The notes below the pieces were generated by a model. It was given only the letters and a program-made list of their open reading frames with translations. It was not told the origin of the DNA and did no database searches. A stretch of 64,000 nucleotides of DNA from the human T2T-CHM13v2.0 reference genome, Homo sapiens. The stretch is taken from NCBI RefSeq assembly GCF_009914755.1, contig NC_060935.1, one strand, 5' to 3'. Position numbers and translations under genes: made by a program. This document shows positions 28,121 through 41,650 of this stretch, piece after piece. The first letter of the stretch is position 1. The number at the start of each line of letters is the position of its first letter.

Positions 28121-29094
28121 ATTTTATCTAATAGGATATTGGACTGTTTCTCACGGGGCTAAAATTAGGGCCAAGACATTTCCTTGGGTCTCACTGGAGA
28201 TTATTGAGAGTGGTTGACTTTTAATTAGAACATTACAAACAGTAGAATCAGGAAGAAGAAAAGATGAACCTGCGATTGTTCTGTTTCTTTGTACCCATAT
28301 TGGGATGATTAGTTAAGTGCATATTAAGGTTCTGGCCTCTCTTGAAGTACATCATCTTCATTATTTTTCTCAGATAATTTCTCTGTGGGGTCAGTGGGTG
28401 AGATGACACTCATCAGCTATGTTATTTTAGACACTTAGTTTCTCTGAGCCTGAGTTTTCTCATCTGAAGAATGGGGATATACTTGACCCTACTTGGACTG
28501 AAAGCCATTCAAGGTCTTCTTCACCTCCTCTTCCTCTTCTATATCCCTGACTACAACATTGTCTAGCACACACTGGGCTTCTGCATAAATTTACAGAAAC
28601 TAACTAAATGATCCCTCAAGGTAGTAGAAAGAGTCACGAGGAATCAGGTCTGTGGACAGGTTGTGTGGTCAGCTTGGCTGTGCTCCTGAAAGGTGGGGCC
28701 ATTTGTACAAGAGCTGAGGTTCCAGAATATCAGAACTGCAATCTCGACTGTCGTGGAGGAAGGGTGACCTTGGCTGGGTCTGCTTCTGAGGATGGCTGGG
28801 GGTGAAGGCCAGACTGGAGGAGTTGAGATGTGAATAGAAGATAGAGAAATGGCAACAGGAGGTGTAGCCAATTCCTTCGAGAGGCCTGGCTGTGACAGGC
28901 AGGAAAGGTGGGGTGGGGGTACAGGGATAGGGACATTAGAGAACTTCTGTGTGTTGATGAGACAGGGCCAGGGATAGGAGGCATTCAGTAAATAGTTCCC
29001 AATTTAAATGAACTTTGATATGGGGGTCTTTCTTAACACTTTCAAGAATGGTTGTGGGTAAGATGATTGGTAATAACTGAGAACCAAAACTGCT

Positions 29095-29500
29095 AGTAAT
29101 GGGTTAAGGCAGTGCCAGATGCTGCAAGAGGTAAACCCAGAATCTCAGTGGCTTAATACAATACACATTAATTTCTCACTCAGCAACAATCCAGTGAAAG
29201 TGGTGGGTGGCTGTCCACACAGTATTTTGGGTCCCAGGTTTCTTCCATTTTCAACATGTGGCTTCCAAGGTCATTATGGAAGAAGGAAGGAGTAAAGAGG
29301 GCTCACTTATTTTCTCATCACATTCTCACCAATGATAGTGGAAGTGACTTGGGCGTCACTTCCACTATCATTGGTGAGAATGAGTCACATGACCACATAG
29401 GTGCAAAGGAGGCTGCAAAATGTAGTTCCTGGCTGGCTAGCCCTTCCCAGCCACAGCCCTAAAGGGAGCATCCCAGTGTTTGGAGGACAGCCACCCTTCT
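29095..29500 (-). mobile_element. old MLT1 (MLT1K/L-type) solo LTR containing a perfect hairpin
   Basis: ccagaatctcagtggcttaatacaa...ttctcactc...gtcacatgaccaca...tgcaaaggaggctgcaaaatgtagt. Confidence 0.75.
29321..29382. repeat. perfect 28-bp inverted repeat with 6-nt spacer
   Basis: cattctcaccaatgatagtggaagtgac (29321-29348), ttgggc, gtcacttccactatcattggtgagaatg (29355-29382); the arms are exact reverse complements. Confidence 0.98.
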
Positions 29501-29912
29501 GGAATTACAACCCCCTTCAGCTGTCCTTCCCCAAAGGCTGAGGAGACACAGGCTAACTCTGGGAAAATGTCAGACCCCAAATGAAGACCAGGACCCTGCT
29601 TCTGAGGACAAATGACATAAATCATTGACCTGGGCTTCACTTTCTCCAATTGTATAATATAAGTCCTGCTAAACCAAGTTAAGGGAATTAAAGGGACTGA
29701 GGGTCTCACATGTAGGTGGAGCTGAGTTGATTCTCCCACCAGCTGTGTAACATTGGGCAGGTTTCTTAGACTTTCTGAGTCCTTGTACAAATTCTCCCTG
29801 ACTTGCAATGAGGATCAGCAAGACACTTCTGGCCTATAGTCAGCCCCCAGTGAATGTGAGCTGCTGATGTTACTATCCAGGTCATCACTTCATTCATTAC
29901 AACATTGGAAAG

Positions 29913-30557
29913 TGACACAGAATTTTTCTCAGCCACTTTGCCAATCAGGGACCTCCACGGCCGGCAACGCCCCCCCACTGCCCAGGCCTTGCTCAGCCCC
30001 AGGCCTACCACTAGAGGCACCCTGCCCACTCGGCCTGCTTGCGTTATAGCTTGTACCCACATTTGGTGGTTCTGGAACTCTTGTCCTGTGTCCAAGAAGA
30101 ATGAGGATATGCTGACAATTCAAAGGGTGAGGATGGGTGGAGAAGAATTTTATTGAACAATGGAACAGCTCTAGTGGAGAGGCGATGCAGCGGGGGGCTT
30201 TCTCTCCCCCGAAGTCGGGTGGTTTCTCTCCTAGTGTGGCTGGGTCCAGGGCTTTTTATGGACTCACAATGGTGAGTGCATGCCAATTGATTTAGGAGTA
30301 TGCAAAAAAGGTTAAAGTAAAGACACCACTCAAAGGTGGGCACAACAGTGTAGAAAACCAATTAGGAAAGGGTAGGTAAGTGTAGAATAGGTTAAGGGTG
30401 GGGATCAATCAGAGGAAAGCACACCAGACTGGAAGACAGGTTCTCAATCTGGTCCATGGATTTGACTTGTAGCTTGGCTTTCAGGCTTTAAACTGTCTTC
30501 AGCTTGGAGGTGAGGTTTCACCGGGGACCTGCCCCTATTTGTCTCCTGCTGCTATCA
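29913..30557 (-). mobile_element. ERV1 solo LTR (MER50-like)
   Basis: TG...CA ends; 4-bp TSD AAAG (29909-29912 / 30558-30561); minus strand begins tgatagcagcaggag; minus-strand CATAAAAA (30253-30260) and AATAAA (30149-30154); subfamily from memory. Confidence 0.85.
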
Positions 30558-32039
30558 AAAGTAAAGGTCCTGGCTTAGGTTTAAGGCAAAATGAATAGAA
30601 CTGATATCATCATGTTTTTGTCATCAGCATTTCCCATCACCCTCTGAGACAATCAGAGAAGCTCATTTGAGTCGAGTAGCTGGTGGAGGGAGGAAGAGAA
30701 TATGAAAGAGGCCCCCCTCTCGGAACTGGGCACCACTCATACCGGAAAACCAGGATTTATGGAGCTTATTTCTTGTCTGTCTCTGGAAAGAGGTACTAGA
30801 GTCCCGTGCTGTAGCCAGTCGCTGGGAATCGGCTAAAAAGCAAGGCTTGGTCATGACCGCCCCCAGCTCCACCTCCTGCTGTCGGGGTCTTCCCTCAACA
30901 TAAAGCCTGCCTCGCTACCATCATTGAGGGTTTGGAGTTCAGGCCTTTGAGGGATCATTTGTTTCTTGAGCTCAGTCTTCAGAAACCTCTGGTGCTTTTG
31001 AATTTCCCCTCCGCTAGGGAAGGATGGATTGGCACCCTGCCCTCACCCCACACCCCTCCTAGCTGTCACTATGTAGTATTTTAATTTATTGGTCCTGGCT
31101 ATTCATTTGTCTTGTTAATTTTTTGCCTGCCCTCTACCTTAGCTAATCAGTTGGCCTCTTTGGGGGGCCTCTGATCACCCACCCCCAACTGGGGCTGGGG
31201 GCAGGGATAGGGGATGTGGTGGCCTTGATGTCTTTGAGGAAACCAAGCTGTGTGGGGGAGGGTCACTGGGAAAGTTCAGAAAGGAATGCTTCCCTAGGAG
31301 GGGCATTGGCCATTCTGCCCTAACCGAATACCTCTGGGGCAGTCAGGGCCACCCTGTGACCTCCAAACAAAGCTGGGGCCTTGTCTAGGGCTGTGGGAAG
31401 CCAGACAGGACAATGGGAGGAAGGAGAAAGCAGGGAGATAAAGCCAGGGGCCCACGGGCCTGTGCCTGGGATTCCAGAGGCCGGCTCCTCACATCCCAGC
31501 CGCGGAGGCCTTCAGAGTAAACACACTGGGCTTCCTGGCTCACAGGGCCAGTGCTGGGTTTTAATTGTGGCTGTTATTGTTGAGATAATTGTTCAATTTT
31601 GGGAGAAGCCGGAGAAAGGAGAGACTGTGTGTCTGATGCTTCTGCGGGGATGATGCTCTCATTCATTCATTCACTCATGCTACAGATGTTGACTGGCACC
31701 AGCCAAAGGCTTCGCTTGGGGCTGAGAATGTAAAAATCAACATCAGCTCATCCTTGTCCTCCCTACACCCTTCTCTGGTCCTAGACACAGACACTAAACC
31801 CATCCTCCCAGTTCAGTGTGGTCAGACAACAATAGGGGCATGAAGCTGTGCCAGTGCTGGAGCTTTACCTTCCTTTTATAGGGTGCTAGGTCAGAGCCCC
31901 CTCCCACCACCCCCCACCACCCCGAACTCGGGGAGGAGTTCTGACCTGAGTGCTCCTGCTGACTCCTGAATATCAAAGGAGGGCAGAGCTCCCTTTTGAT
32001 CTCTTCTCTTGACTCCAAACTGAAGGACACGTAGAAGGC

Positions 32040-32265
32040 AACATGTTAGAGCCTGATGTTTATCCAGCACCTTCCATGTGTCAGAAACTGTGTGAGAGCT
32101 TTTGCAGATCACCTCAGCGCAGCCAAGAACGGAGGGCTGACTTTTTCCCCATTTCACAAATGAGAAGACTGAGGCCCCACCAGGTTGAGTAAATGGCTCA
32201 GTTCACATTATTAGGAAATGGGCAGCCTGGGTGGGAGCCCCGGTCAGTCTGACTCCAGTGCTCTC
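32040..32265 (-). mobile_element. MIR
   Basis: cccatttcacaaatgagaagactgaggc...cagtctgactccag. Confidence 0.75.
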
Positions 32266-32946
32266 AAGCTTCTCCCTGGGTCCTGCCACCTTCTGCAGTG
32301 TGCGCCCCGATTCACTGGTGGGCTCTCAGGCTCCAGCAGAGGCTGAACCTCTCCTAGAACAAGGCTGGTCTTGCCTGACTTGATGCATCCCAGCGGGACC
32401 CCTCCTGTGTGAAGTCTCCTGACAGACTCGAGCTGGAAACAGGAGTCAGGGGCCATGCAGCTATCTCCTTACAGGTTTCAGGGATGTTGCCGTCTCAGCA
32501 TTTGAACCTGATGGAAATGTTGAAGCGGGGGTTGGCTGGGTTTTGTACACCCAGGGCCTGTTTTCTTAGACAAGGCCATTTCACGGATCCTCAGACGTCC
32601 CCAGTTCACAACAGAGACCCTGGTGGGCTTGTTTCTCCATGAGTGTGTTTAGGGTTGGATGCTCGCTCTGTCTACTGTCTACAGGCCTTACAGGACATGC
32701 AAGGCAAGGCAGCCTCGAAAACCAGGGTGTGGGTCCCCACTCTGTCCTCTTTCTGACTGTGGGCCTCAGGCTGGGAGCTTCTCCTCTCTCAGCCTGCATT
32801 TCCCATCATTACAATGAAACAAGGATAAGATCTACCTTACAAGGCTGGAGGAAAGATAGTGGGAGATAGGGGCCACACTCTTACACCACACAGAAAGTGA
32901 GGGGGCCATCGCAGAAAGGAAGGCTTTCCAGGAACAGGCAAGGCTA

Positions 32947-33337
<391 letters not shown>

Positions 33338-33339
33338 TT

Positions 33340-33535
33340 AGCACCTAAGCTTGCTGTGTGCCAGGCACTGCTCTCAGGGTTTTACCTGGCTCATCTTGTC
33401 TCACCTGGTTTAGAGATAAAGAAACTGATGCACAGCATGTTTAAGTCACTTGCCCAAAGTCACACAGCTAATAGGTGGTAGAGCCAGGATTTGAAACCAG
33501 AAATGTCAGACTCTAAAGCCAAAGCTCTTTACGCT
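33340..33535 (-). mobile_element. MIR
   Basis: aagtcacttgcccaaagtcacacagctaataggtggtagagccaggatttgaaacc. Confidence 0.88.
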
Positions 33536-35399
33536 GCAGGCCTTGCCTCTGGATGTTTGTGTGCCCTTGTGGATAGACACACACAGGGGTTTGGATTCTG
33601 CACAGAGCCTGAGTCAGCCGTAGTGTGGGGAGTGCCTTGGGGAGCCTGGGGTAGGGGCAGGATTTTACTCTCTTTCTGTATAATGTCATTTCTCCTTTAT
33701 ACACTTTTTGCCCTCCCTGACCTGTTGGTGCCTGTGCCCAGCTTACCATAGTCTTATGTGATTGGGGGCAGGAGGGACTCTGTCTTCTACATGTGAAGGC
33801 ATTTGGACTCTTGGGTGCTTCCTGTTGTGGCCAAACCAAGAGCCTTTTAGCTCACGAGGGCCCTGACTGGATGTCTGGCCCCTCTGGGCTGGGCTGGAGT
33901 CTTGGGTGGATCCCGCCAACTCTGCCACTGCGCTCCTTCCCGCCTCCAAGGTCACTGCTTACACATGACCCTTCCGGGGGCCTGATGGTTTTCTGGCTGG
34001 TTGCTATAATCTGTCCTCTGAGCCTGTCCCAGGAGCTCTAGGCCCCGGAGTTGCTTTTCCAGGTCCCTGATGTTACTTACCTACCACACAACAGGGATCC
34101 CAGCATGGGAAGCCAGCAGACGGAACAAGACCAGCAAGCCTTGGGTACCTTGAGCCATAGCTTCCCTTTCTCCCTCAGCCCCTGCTGAGTCTTGGACCCT
34201 GAATGTCTGTGCAGACAGGTGTGCCCTACCCAAGCCCAGGCCCAGGCCCTAGAGGAGGGTAGGTGATTCTGCAAGGAGACTGGGGAAGTGCCTGGAGTCT
34301 GGGAGGCAGCATAGCCAGGGCAGGTAGGGAAGATGGGGGTGTCTCCAGGTAGGTGATTTCCTTATGCTGAAGGGGGACATATCCCACCCTGGGGTCATCA
34401 GGGACCTGGCTGGAATAAAGCCTTAGCCTGAACTCAGGTTAAAATTATCCCCCTTTCAAAATGTGGAAACCCAAACCACTTGTGATTTTGAATACCTCTC
34501 AAGAGACCTGTTCCCACTACAAAAGATATCTTTCCATGTGGGAAGCTCAGTGTGCATTTGCGAGAATGGATGCTGAGGCGTTTGGAGACAGGTGCATGAG
34601 GAAAGGGCAGTGTGGAATTGTGCAAAAGATGTTGGCAGAGAAAGGAGAGGGACATGGGAAGCAGGGATGGCTGGGTCCTGAAACAGGAGAACTTGGCTGC
34701 CTTCATCCTCTGCAGGCTGGGACAGGCCTCCTGGGAGAGTCCAGGGCGCAGGAGTTTTAGGAAAGCAGGCTGTAGACTCCCACCTGGCTGTTTGGTTTGA
34801 GCCTTGGCTTCAACCTTACTCATGTTTCCCCACAGGGAAGACTTCTCTCTTCCTGGGAGTTCATGGGCTTTGGACCTTATTGTTATCATTATTATGTTGA
34901 GGGTCTTCTGTGTGTAAGCATTGGGTGTCTTGCACAGGTGGCTGTGCAGAGTGCCACAAGGTAGAGGCTGGGGGAATGAGGGTTTGGAGATGCGTATGGT
35001 CTTTACCTATGTGAAAGGCTGGAGGTTGAGGTGAAAAATCTAGCTTTGAAATCTTCATGGAGGACTGCATCATTCTGATCCTGAATCCGGTTCAGTTCTC
35101 TTATTGACTGATTGCTGCATTAAAAATGGTTTTTTAATTAAACAACAACAACAAAAAAAAAGCTGGCAGAGAGATGGAAGCCTCGATCTTCCATGAGCTG
35201 GCTGGAGGATCTTGGCAATTCTGATTCGTCTAGAATGGTTTCCTTACCTATAGGAGGATGAAGGGGTGCTCAGGGCCTTTGCAGGGCTGGTATTGCCACA
35301 GGTAAGTCCACAAGGCCATAAGCACTGCGGCAGGGGCCCCGGAAAGGTGGTCTGAGCTGAATGCATGAAGGTGAGCCCGCTTCTGTGGCTTCATCTGCC

Positions 35400-37280
35400 A
35401 TTGTATGATGGAGGCTTCTGAATCTCTAGCTAGACCTCTTTCCTACACTCCAGACCCCTGGTGTCTGGATGTCCCATGGGTCCTTTACTGACTTAACAGC
35501 TTCCCTGACCTTCATTCCCTTCCCCCTTCTGTAGCCCAGCTGCAGTGAATGGGGAGCCTCAGTCCATTCATGGCCCGAGGCCACGACCAGGGAATCCTCC
35601 CTGACTCTCCCCCTGCTTCACTCCAGCCCTCTCAATATCCAGCCCATCCCCAGGGCCTTTCCATTCTACCTCCTAAATAGCTCTTGAATCTACCCTCTTC
35701 TCTCCATCACGACCCTTGTGGAAGCCACCACTATCTCCTGCCTGGACAACTGGTCTCCCCACCTCTACTCTTGCCCCTCTCATCAATCCCATCTCTCTAC
35801 TATAACCCAGTTTTAAAAACGAATGTTTATTTTTTAATTTATTGACTTAATTTTTAGAAAAAATTTAGGTTTACAAACAATTCGAAAAGTACAAAGTTCC
35901 CAGAGAGACTCCCCTTACCCAGGCACACACATGGTTTCCCAGATATTTACATCTAATATTATTGTGATACATTTGTTACAGTTGAACCAATACATTGCGA
36001 TTAACTAAAGTTCATAGTTTCCATTAGGGGTCCCTCTTTGCATTGTACATTCTATGGGTTTTGATACCTGTATAATGACATGTGTCTACCGGTACTGTGT
36101 CCTACAGAGTAGTTTCACTAACCCCCAAATCCTCTGTGCTCCATCTAACCTTCCCTCCCTTCCTTCTCCTGAACCTCCCACAACCACTAGTCTTTTTACA
36201 CTCATCATAGTTTTGCCTTTCCAGAATGTCATATAATTGGAATTATACAGTATGTAGCCTTTTTAGACAGGCTTTTTTCACTAAGCAATATGCATTTAAG
36301 GTTCCCTCATGTCTTTTTGGGTACGATAGCTCATTTCTTTTTATCCCTGAATAATATTATATTGGACAAATGCAATTTGTTTACCCATTTACCTGTTGAA
36401 GGACATCTTGGTTGCTTCCAATTTTTTGGCAATCATGAAAAAAACTGCTGTAAACATTAGTGTGCGGTTTTTTGCGTGGATACAAATTTTCACCTCATTT
36501 AGTTAAATATTAAGGAGTACAATTTTTGGATTATACAATAAGGGTATGTTTAGTTTTATAAGAAGCTGCTAAACTCTCTTCCAAAGTGGCTGCACCATTT
36601 TGCACTCCCCCCAGCAATGAATAAGAGTCACATCCATGCCAGCATTTGGTATTATCAGGATTTTGGATTTCAGTGATGTTAATAGGTATACAGTGGTATC
36701 ATACTGTATGAAAAAGATTATTTCATAGCCCAGACATTTTGAAACATGCAATATGAACCAACTGTGTCTCTCCCAGCATTCTGTGGTTCCCACTGCACTG
36801 AGAATAAAATTCCCGCTCCTTCTGTGGTCTGAAGGGCCTGCATGATCCACCCCTGCCCTCCTCACAAGGTTACGTCACTTCCTTCCCCTAGCCCACTCCA
36901 CACCATCCACATAGGCCTCATTTCAGTTCCTAGAACCATGCAATCTCTTTCTTAACTCAGGGGCACACAGGGTGTTCCCTCTGCTTGGAGCTCTTGTCCA
37001 GCCCTCTCCACCTGGCTGGCCCCTCTTATTCTTCAGTGTTCAATGCAGATACATCTCCTTGGAGAAACCTTCCTCTTCTCTCTTGTCCCACTCTATCTAT
37101 TGCCTTCATGGCACATATTTCAAACTGGACTTACAGATTTATTTGCTGGATTATAGTTTGCAAGTGCCATAGCAGGGAGAAGCCATGCCAGTTTGCTCAC
37201 CATCACACCCCAGTGTCTTGCGTGGTACTTGGCATAAAGGTGTGGCTTGATATTTATTTGCTGACTGGAGAATGAATGGC
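35400..37280 (+). mobile_element. L2 3' region split by an L1MC insertion
   Basis: ttctacctcctaaatagctcttgaatc...tctcctgcctggac on the left; cccactgcactgagaataaaattc...gaatgaatg tail on the right. Confidence 0.8.
35828..36705 (-). mobile_element. L1MC-type 3' end
   Basis: ctaaagttcatagtttccattaggg...gtacattctatgggttttga...aaatcctctgtgctcca...ttccaaagtggctgcaccattttgcactccc. Confidence 0.9.
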
Positions 37281-37447
37281 TGGGCCAGTTTAGTTGGGCA
37301 GACAAGGGAAGGGGAAATATTTATTGAGCATTGGTTAGGCACCAGCCACAGTCTGGCCACATTCACGTTTGTTATTTTCTTTGATCCTATGAGGGAAGAT
37401 CATCTGTACTTTACAGGTGATGAAAGTGAAGCAAAGGGGGCTTAGGG

Positions 37448-38119
<672 letters not shown>

Positions 38120-38419
38120 TCAGGAACCGATGAAGAGGTTATGTATGCTCGGAGCTACAGAGTCAGACAAAAGATGTGGCCCCAAAAAAGATGTCAAGAT
38201 GTTGCAGTGCACTAGAGCTGACAAGTGTGGTTACATTTCTTTGTCCCTGGCTTTCAAGGTCCCTCACCTAGGCCCTCACAAGCCCCAGGGGAACCCAGAA
38301 CTTGGCTTTGGAAAAAGCATGTCCAAGGATCCAAATTTGGGCATCACTGTGCTTGTTTACACGGCCCCTTCACCACTCCTAGGTCCTACTGGAGAAGCTT
38401 GGGTTATCAGAGCATTTGG

Positions 38420-38860
38420 ATCATTCATTTACTCGCTCACTCACTCATTCATTTATTCACAAATCTAGGTTGAGTGTCCAGTATGCACTGGCATTCTACA
38501 TGCTGAGGCAACAGGGAACAAGGTCTCTGCCTTCATGGAGCTTGGCTTCTAGTGGGAGTAACAAGTCAAGAGATGAATACATAACATGACGTCATGCAGT
38601 GGTTAGGCCGAGAAGGCAGGGTGTGGCTGGTGGGGTGGGAAGCTGTCTGGGACAGCTGGTCCAGGAAGCCTTCTTGGAGGAGGGGATATTTGAGCAGAGA
38701 CCTGAATGAAATGGAGGGAGCTGAGCTAAGATCCAGGATAAGAGGTTCTAAGCAGAGGGTGAACCAGCACCATGGCCCCTGAAATGCAGCAGCTCAGAGT
38801 TCAAGGAACAGTAAAAAGGTCATTGATCAAAGAGGGTGAGAGGGAAGGAGAGTGAAGGAG
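38420..38860 (-). mobile_element. L2 3' end
   Basis: tcattcatttactc...gtctctgccttcatggagctt...atttgagcagagacctgaatga. Confidence 0.85.
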
Positions 38861-39989
38861 ACCATCACTCCCCTAACTGGAAAATAGCGGCCACCTGTCC
38901 AAGCACTTGACTCATGTCATAGTGACCTTCAGTTCCCTACCTATGACCCAGGCGTCATTATCCTCACTTCATCAGAGGAGGCGACATCGCTCGACCCCAG
39001 TGGCTGCCCGTGCTAGGTGGGCAGTGTGTGGGATGTGAAGCCAGGCAGCCCACCTCCGAGCCACCTCCTTTCCATCAGTATGCATTCTGCATCTTACCAA
39101 GGCCTATGTTTGTGGCATCCAGCTCCATGCCTAGCCCAGTCCATGCTATTAATGAATAAATGATGCTTGTTGGTGCTCCACTTGATGGAGGGTAAACCTC
39201 ATTTTCATCCTCAACTCCCCCTCTTTTTCCTTCATTCTCCTTTGCTTCTCTCATCCCTCCCCAGCCCAGTTTCTGTTTCCAATTCTCTACCCTAGACCCC
39301 CAAATTCCACCTTCCTCAGCTCCCAAAGAGCTTTTCCAGCTCTGGGCTGCTTCTTCCCATGCTGACAGCTGGAACGGAAGCCCGGAACAAGCCAATCATA
39401 TTCCTCCCAAACTGCCACTGCCCCGGAGGGATCTATTTCTCTGCGGCACCCTCATTGTCCCGGGGACCCTGGGGAACAGCTGTCCTAGTCGGGCTTCCGA
39501 AGCTGACCTTCTTCCTTGTTCCTCCTTCTTCGATCCTTGCTGCACCTGCTCCTGCCTAGCTTTGCCACAGCCTGCAGCCTTCTCCTTGTTCAGACGACAG
39601 CCTCACCACCCACTGACTTCACTTATCCAGGTTCACTTATCCAGGGAAACCTCGGTGGCTCTCCACTGCTGGTCTCCTTCTTGAGTGGCTTGGTCTGAAT
39701 ATCTAGGATATCTTTGGGACTTTACTTGCCAACAATGCTCCCTGGATGTCTATCAAATAAGGCTACACTCCTTCTCTGTGCCTTTGCCCACACGCTGTCC
39801 TCTCCTGGGAATGCCCTTCTTCCCTTCTCTGCCTGCTTAAAGCTTCCATGTTTGAAGACACCTCCTCCAGGAGCCCTCCCTTCACTGCTCCATAGAAACA
39901 CTGTCTCCTCACTCTGGGCTCCAAAGCCTGTGGTCTGCCCCTTATCATTTATCTCGGTGCCTGGCTGTCCTGGACACAATGGACAGGGC

Positions 39990-40200
39990 AGGATCCTGGA
40001 TGGACACGTGAACCTGGGTTCAAATGCTAGCTTTCCTTCCTATCGGCTTAGTAACCTTGGGCAAGTAGCTTAACCTCTCTGAGCCCCATTCCTTCATCTG
40101 TAAAGAGGAATAATAAAATTGCCTTCTTGGGTTGGTTTAATGATCAGAGACAAAGCCCCTACCTCTGAGCAAATGGTGCAGCAAATGGTGACTCTTAGGT
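39990..40200 (+). mobile_element. MIR
   Basis: cctgggttcaaat...gtaaccttgggcaagtagcttaacctctctgagcc. Confidence 0.88.
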
Positions 40201-41439
40201 AATTATTTCTCATTTGACTCTAGTTGCCTTGTTTGCAAGAGCTTTACCTTCCACCTCCTCCAGGAAGCCCTCCCTGGATTTCCAGGCTTCATTCCTCCTT
40301 CCTGTTATCACCAAATGACTTCATTAATAAGCACTTTTCCCTGCTTAGAATCGTTATTTGAATGATTTTTATCTTCTGTGCTCGAAAAGGCTTATAAGGA
40401 TGAATGACATAATTTTATCTCAAAAAGTCCATCTGCGGTGGCTAAATGTCACTATGGATCACTGTTAACCCAGAATGATGGCTGGGCAGGGGAGAGGGAC
40501 CCAGGAGCAGGCAGGTCACCCCACCGAGCAGAGAAGATGCCGGCAACTGCAGCCTGTATGTAGACACCAGGTCTGATAGACACCCCACCTGGGCCTTGAT
40601 TCTTCTTTCTTAAAAGTCACCTGGTGGGTCTCTGGGATCTGGGACTTGCTGGGGATAAAGACACCCTCCCCATCTAATCACTTGCAATTAGATGCTCACC
40701 CCCACCCAGTAGAGGAATCTGCTTTGTCCATAACCTGCCTGCCCAAAGAGAGCCTGCTGGGCAGGTAAATAACACTTGGGTGTGGCTTCCCTTTGAAAAG
40801 GAATTTATAATGGCGGCTTCCTAGATAATTAATTACTGCTGCTCACTGCCCAGCTACAAGCAGTCCCAGCGATCAGCTTTTGTTTCCAAGGCTTAAACCC
40901 AGGCAGGAACCACGAGATTGCTGAGGCCAGGAGCAAAGAAGGGGCTTTTTAGGATTCTTTTTTTTTCCTTTCAAATGGACCCTCAGGGAGATGGAGGCGA
41001 GGTGGGGGGCTTGGGACACAGAACAGTGAGTTATTAGCTTCTTTCCAGCCTGCACCTCGGGCACCTCTGGCAAAAAGACCTGCCAGTTCCTTTCGGCCCC
41101 TGGAGCCTCTCTCCTCTGCTTAGAAAACAAATCGCTGCCTAAGCTGGGGCTTTTTGTTGGCTCCAAAAGGAGAGAGCCACACGGGTTCTTTCTAGGGAGG
41201 AAGAAACAGCCCCAGGGAGAGGACTGAGTGGTTGGGTTTCAGAGCACACTGTGTGTGCCTGGGTTGTGAAGTTGGCAAATGATGAATCTATTTTTTTTTC
41301 CACTTTGATGAAACCCAAGGCCTCACAAGGAGTTTTCACCATTGTCCTTTGCTAAATGCATTTCCCCAGCACCCTTTCTTCCATTTTCTCGCTTCTCTAG
41401 GGAGTTGGGGAAGTCATAGAGAGAGGGGGTTAGGCAGGC

Positions 41440-41650
41440 AGGCTCAGCACCAGGCTGATGTGGGTTCAGATCCTGCTCAGCTGTAACCTGGTCATGTTGC
41501 TAAACTTCTCTGACCTCGATGTCTTTATCTGAAAAATGAGAATAATCACAACACTCACCTCAAAGCACTGTTGTTAAATGGGATAATATTTGCATGGTTG
41601 TCAGATGCCCTAGAAGTAGACACCAAGGCAAGCATTTGTGAACAGAAGAT
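41440..41650 (+). mobile_element. MIR
   Basis: gggttcagatcctg...tttatctgaaaaatgagaataat. Confidence 0.72.

Noticed and set aside
30006-30020. CCACTAGAGGCACC as a CTCF site in the MER50-like LTR
   Set aside because: One G short in the core relative to CCASYAGRKGGCRS; not supportable without binding data.
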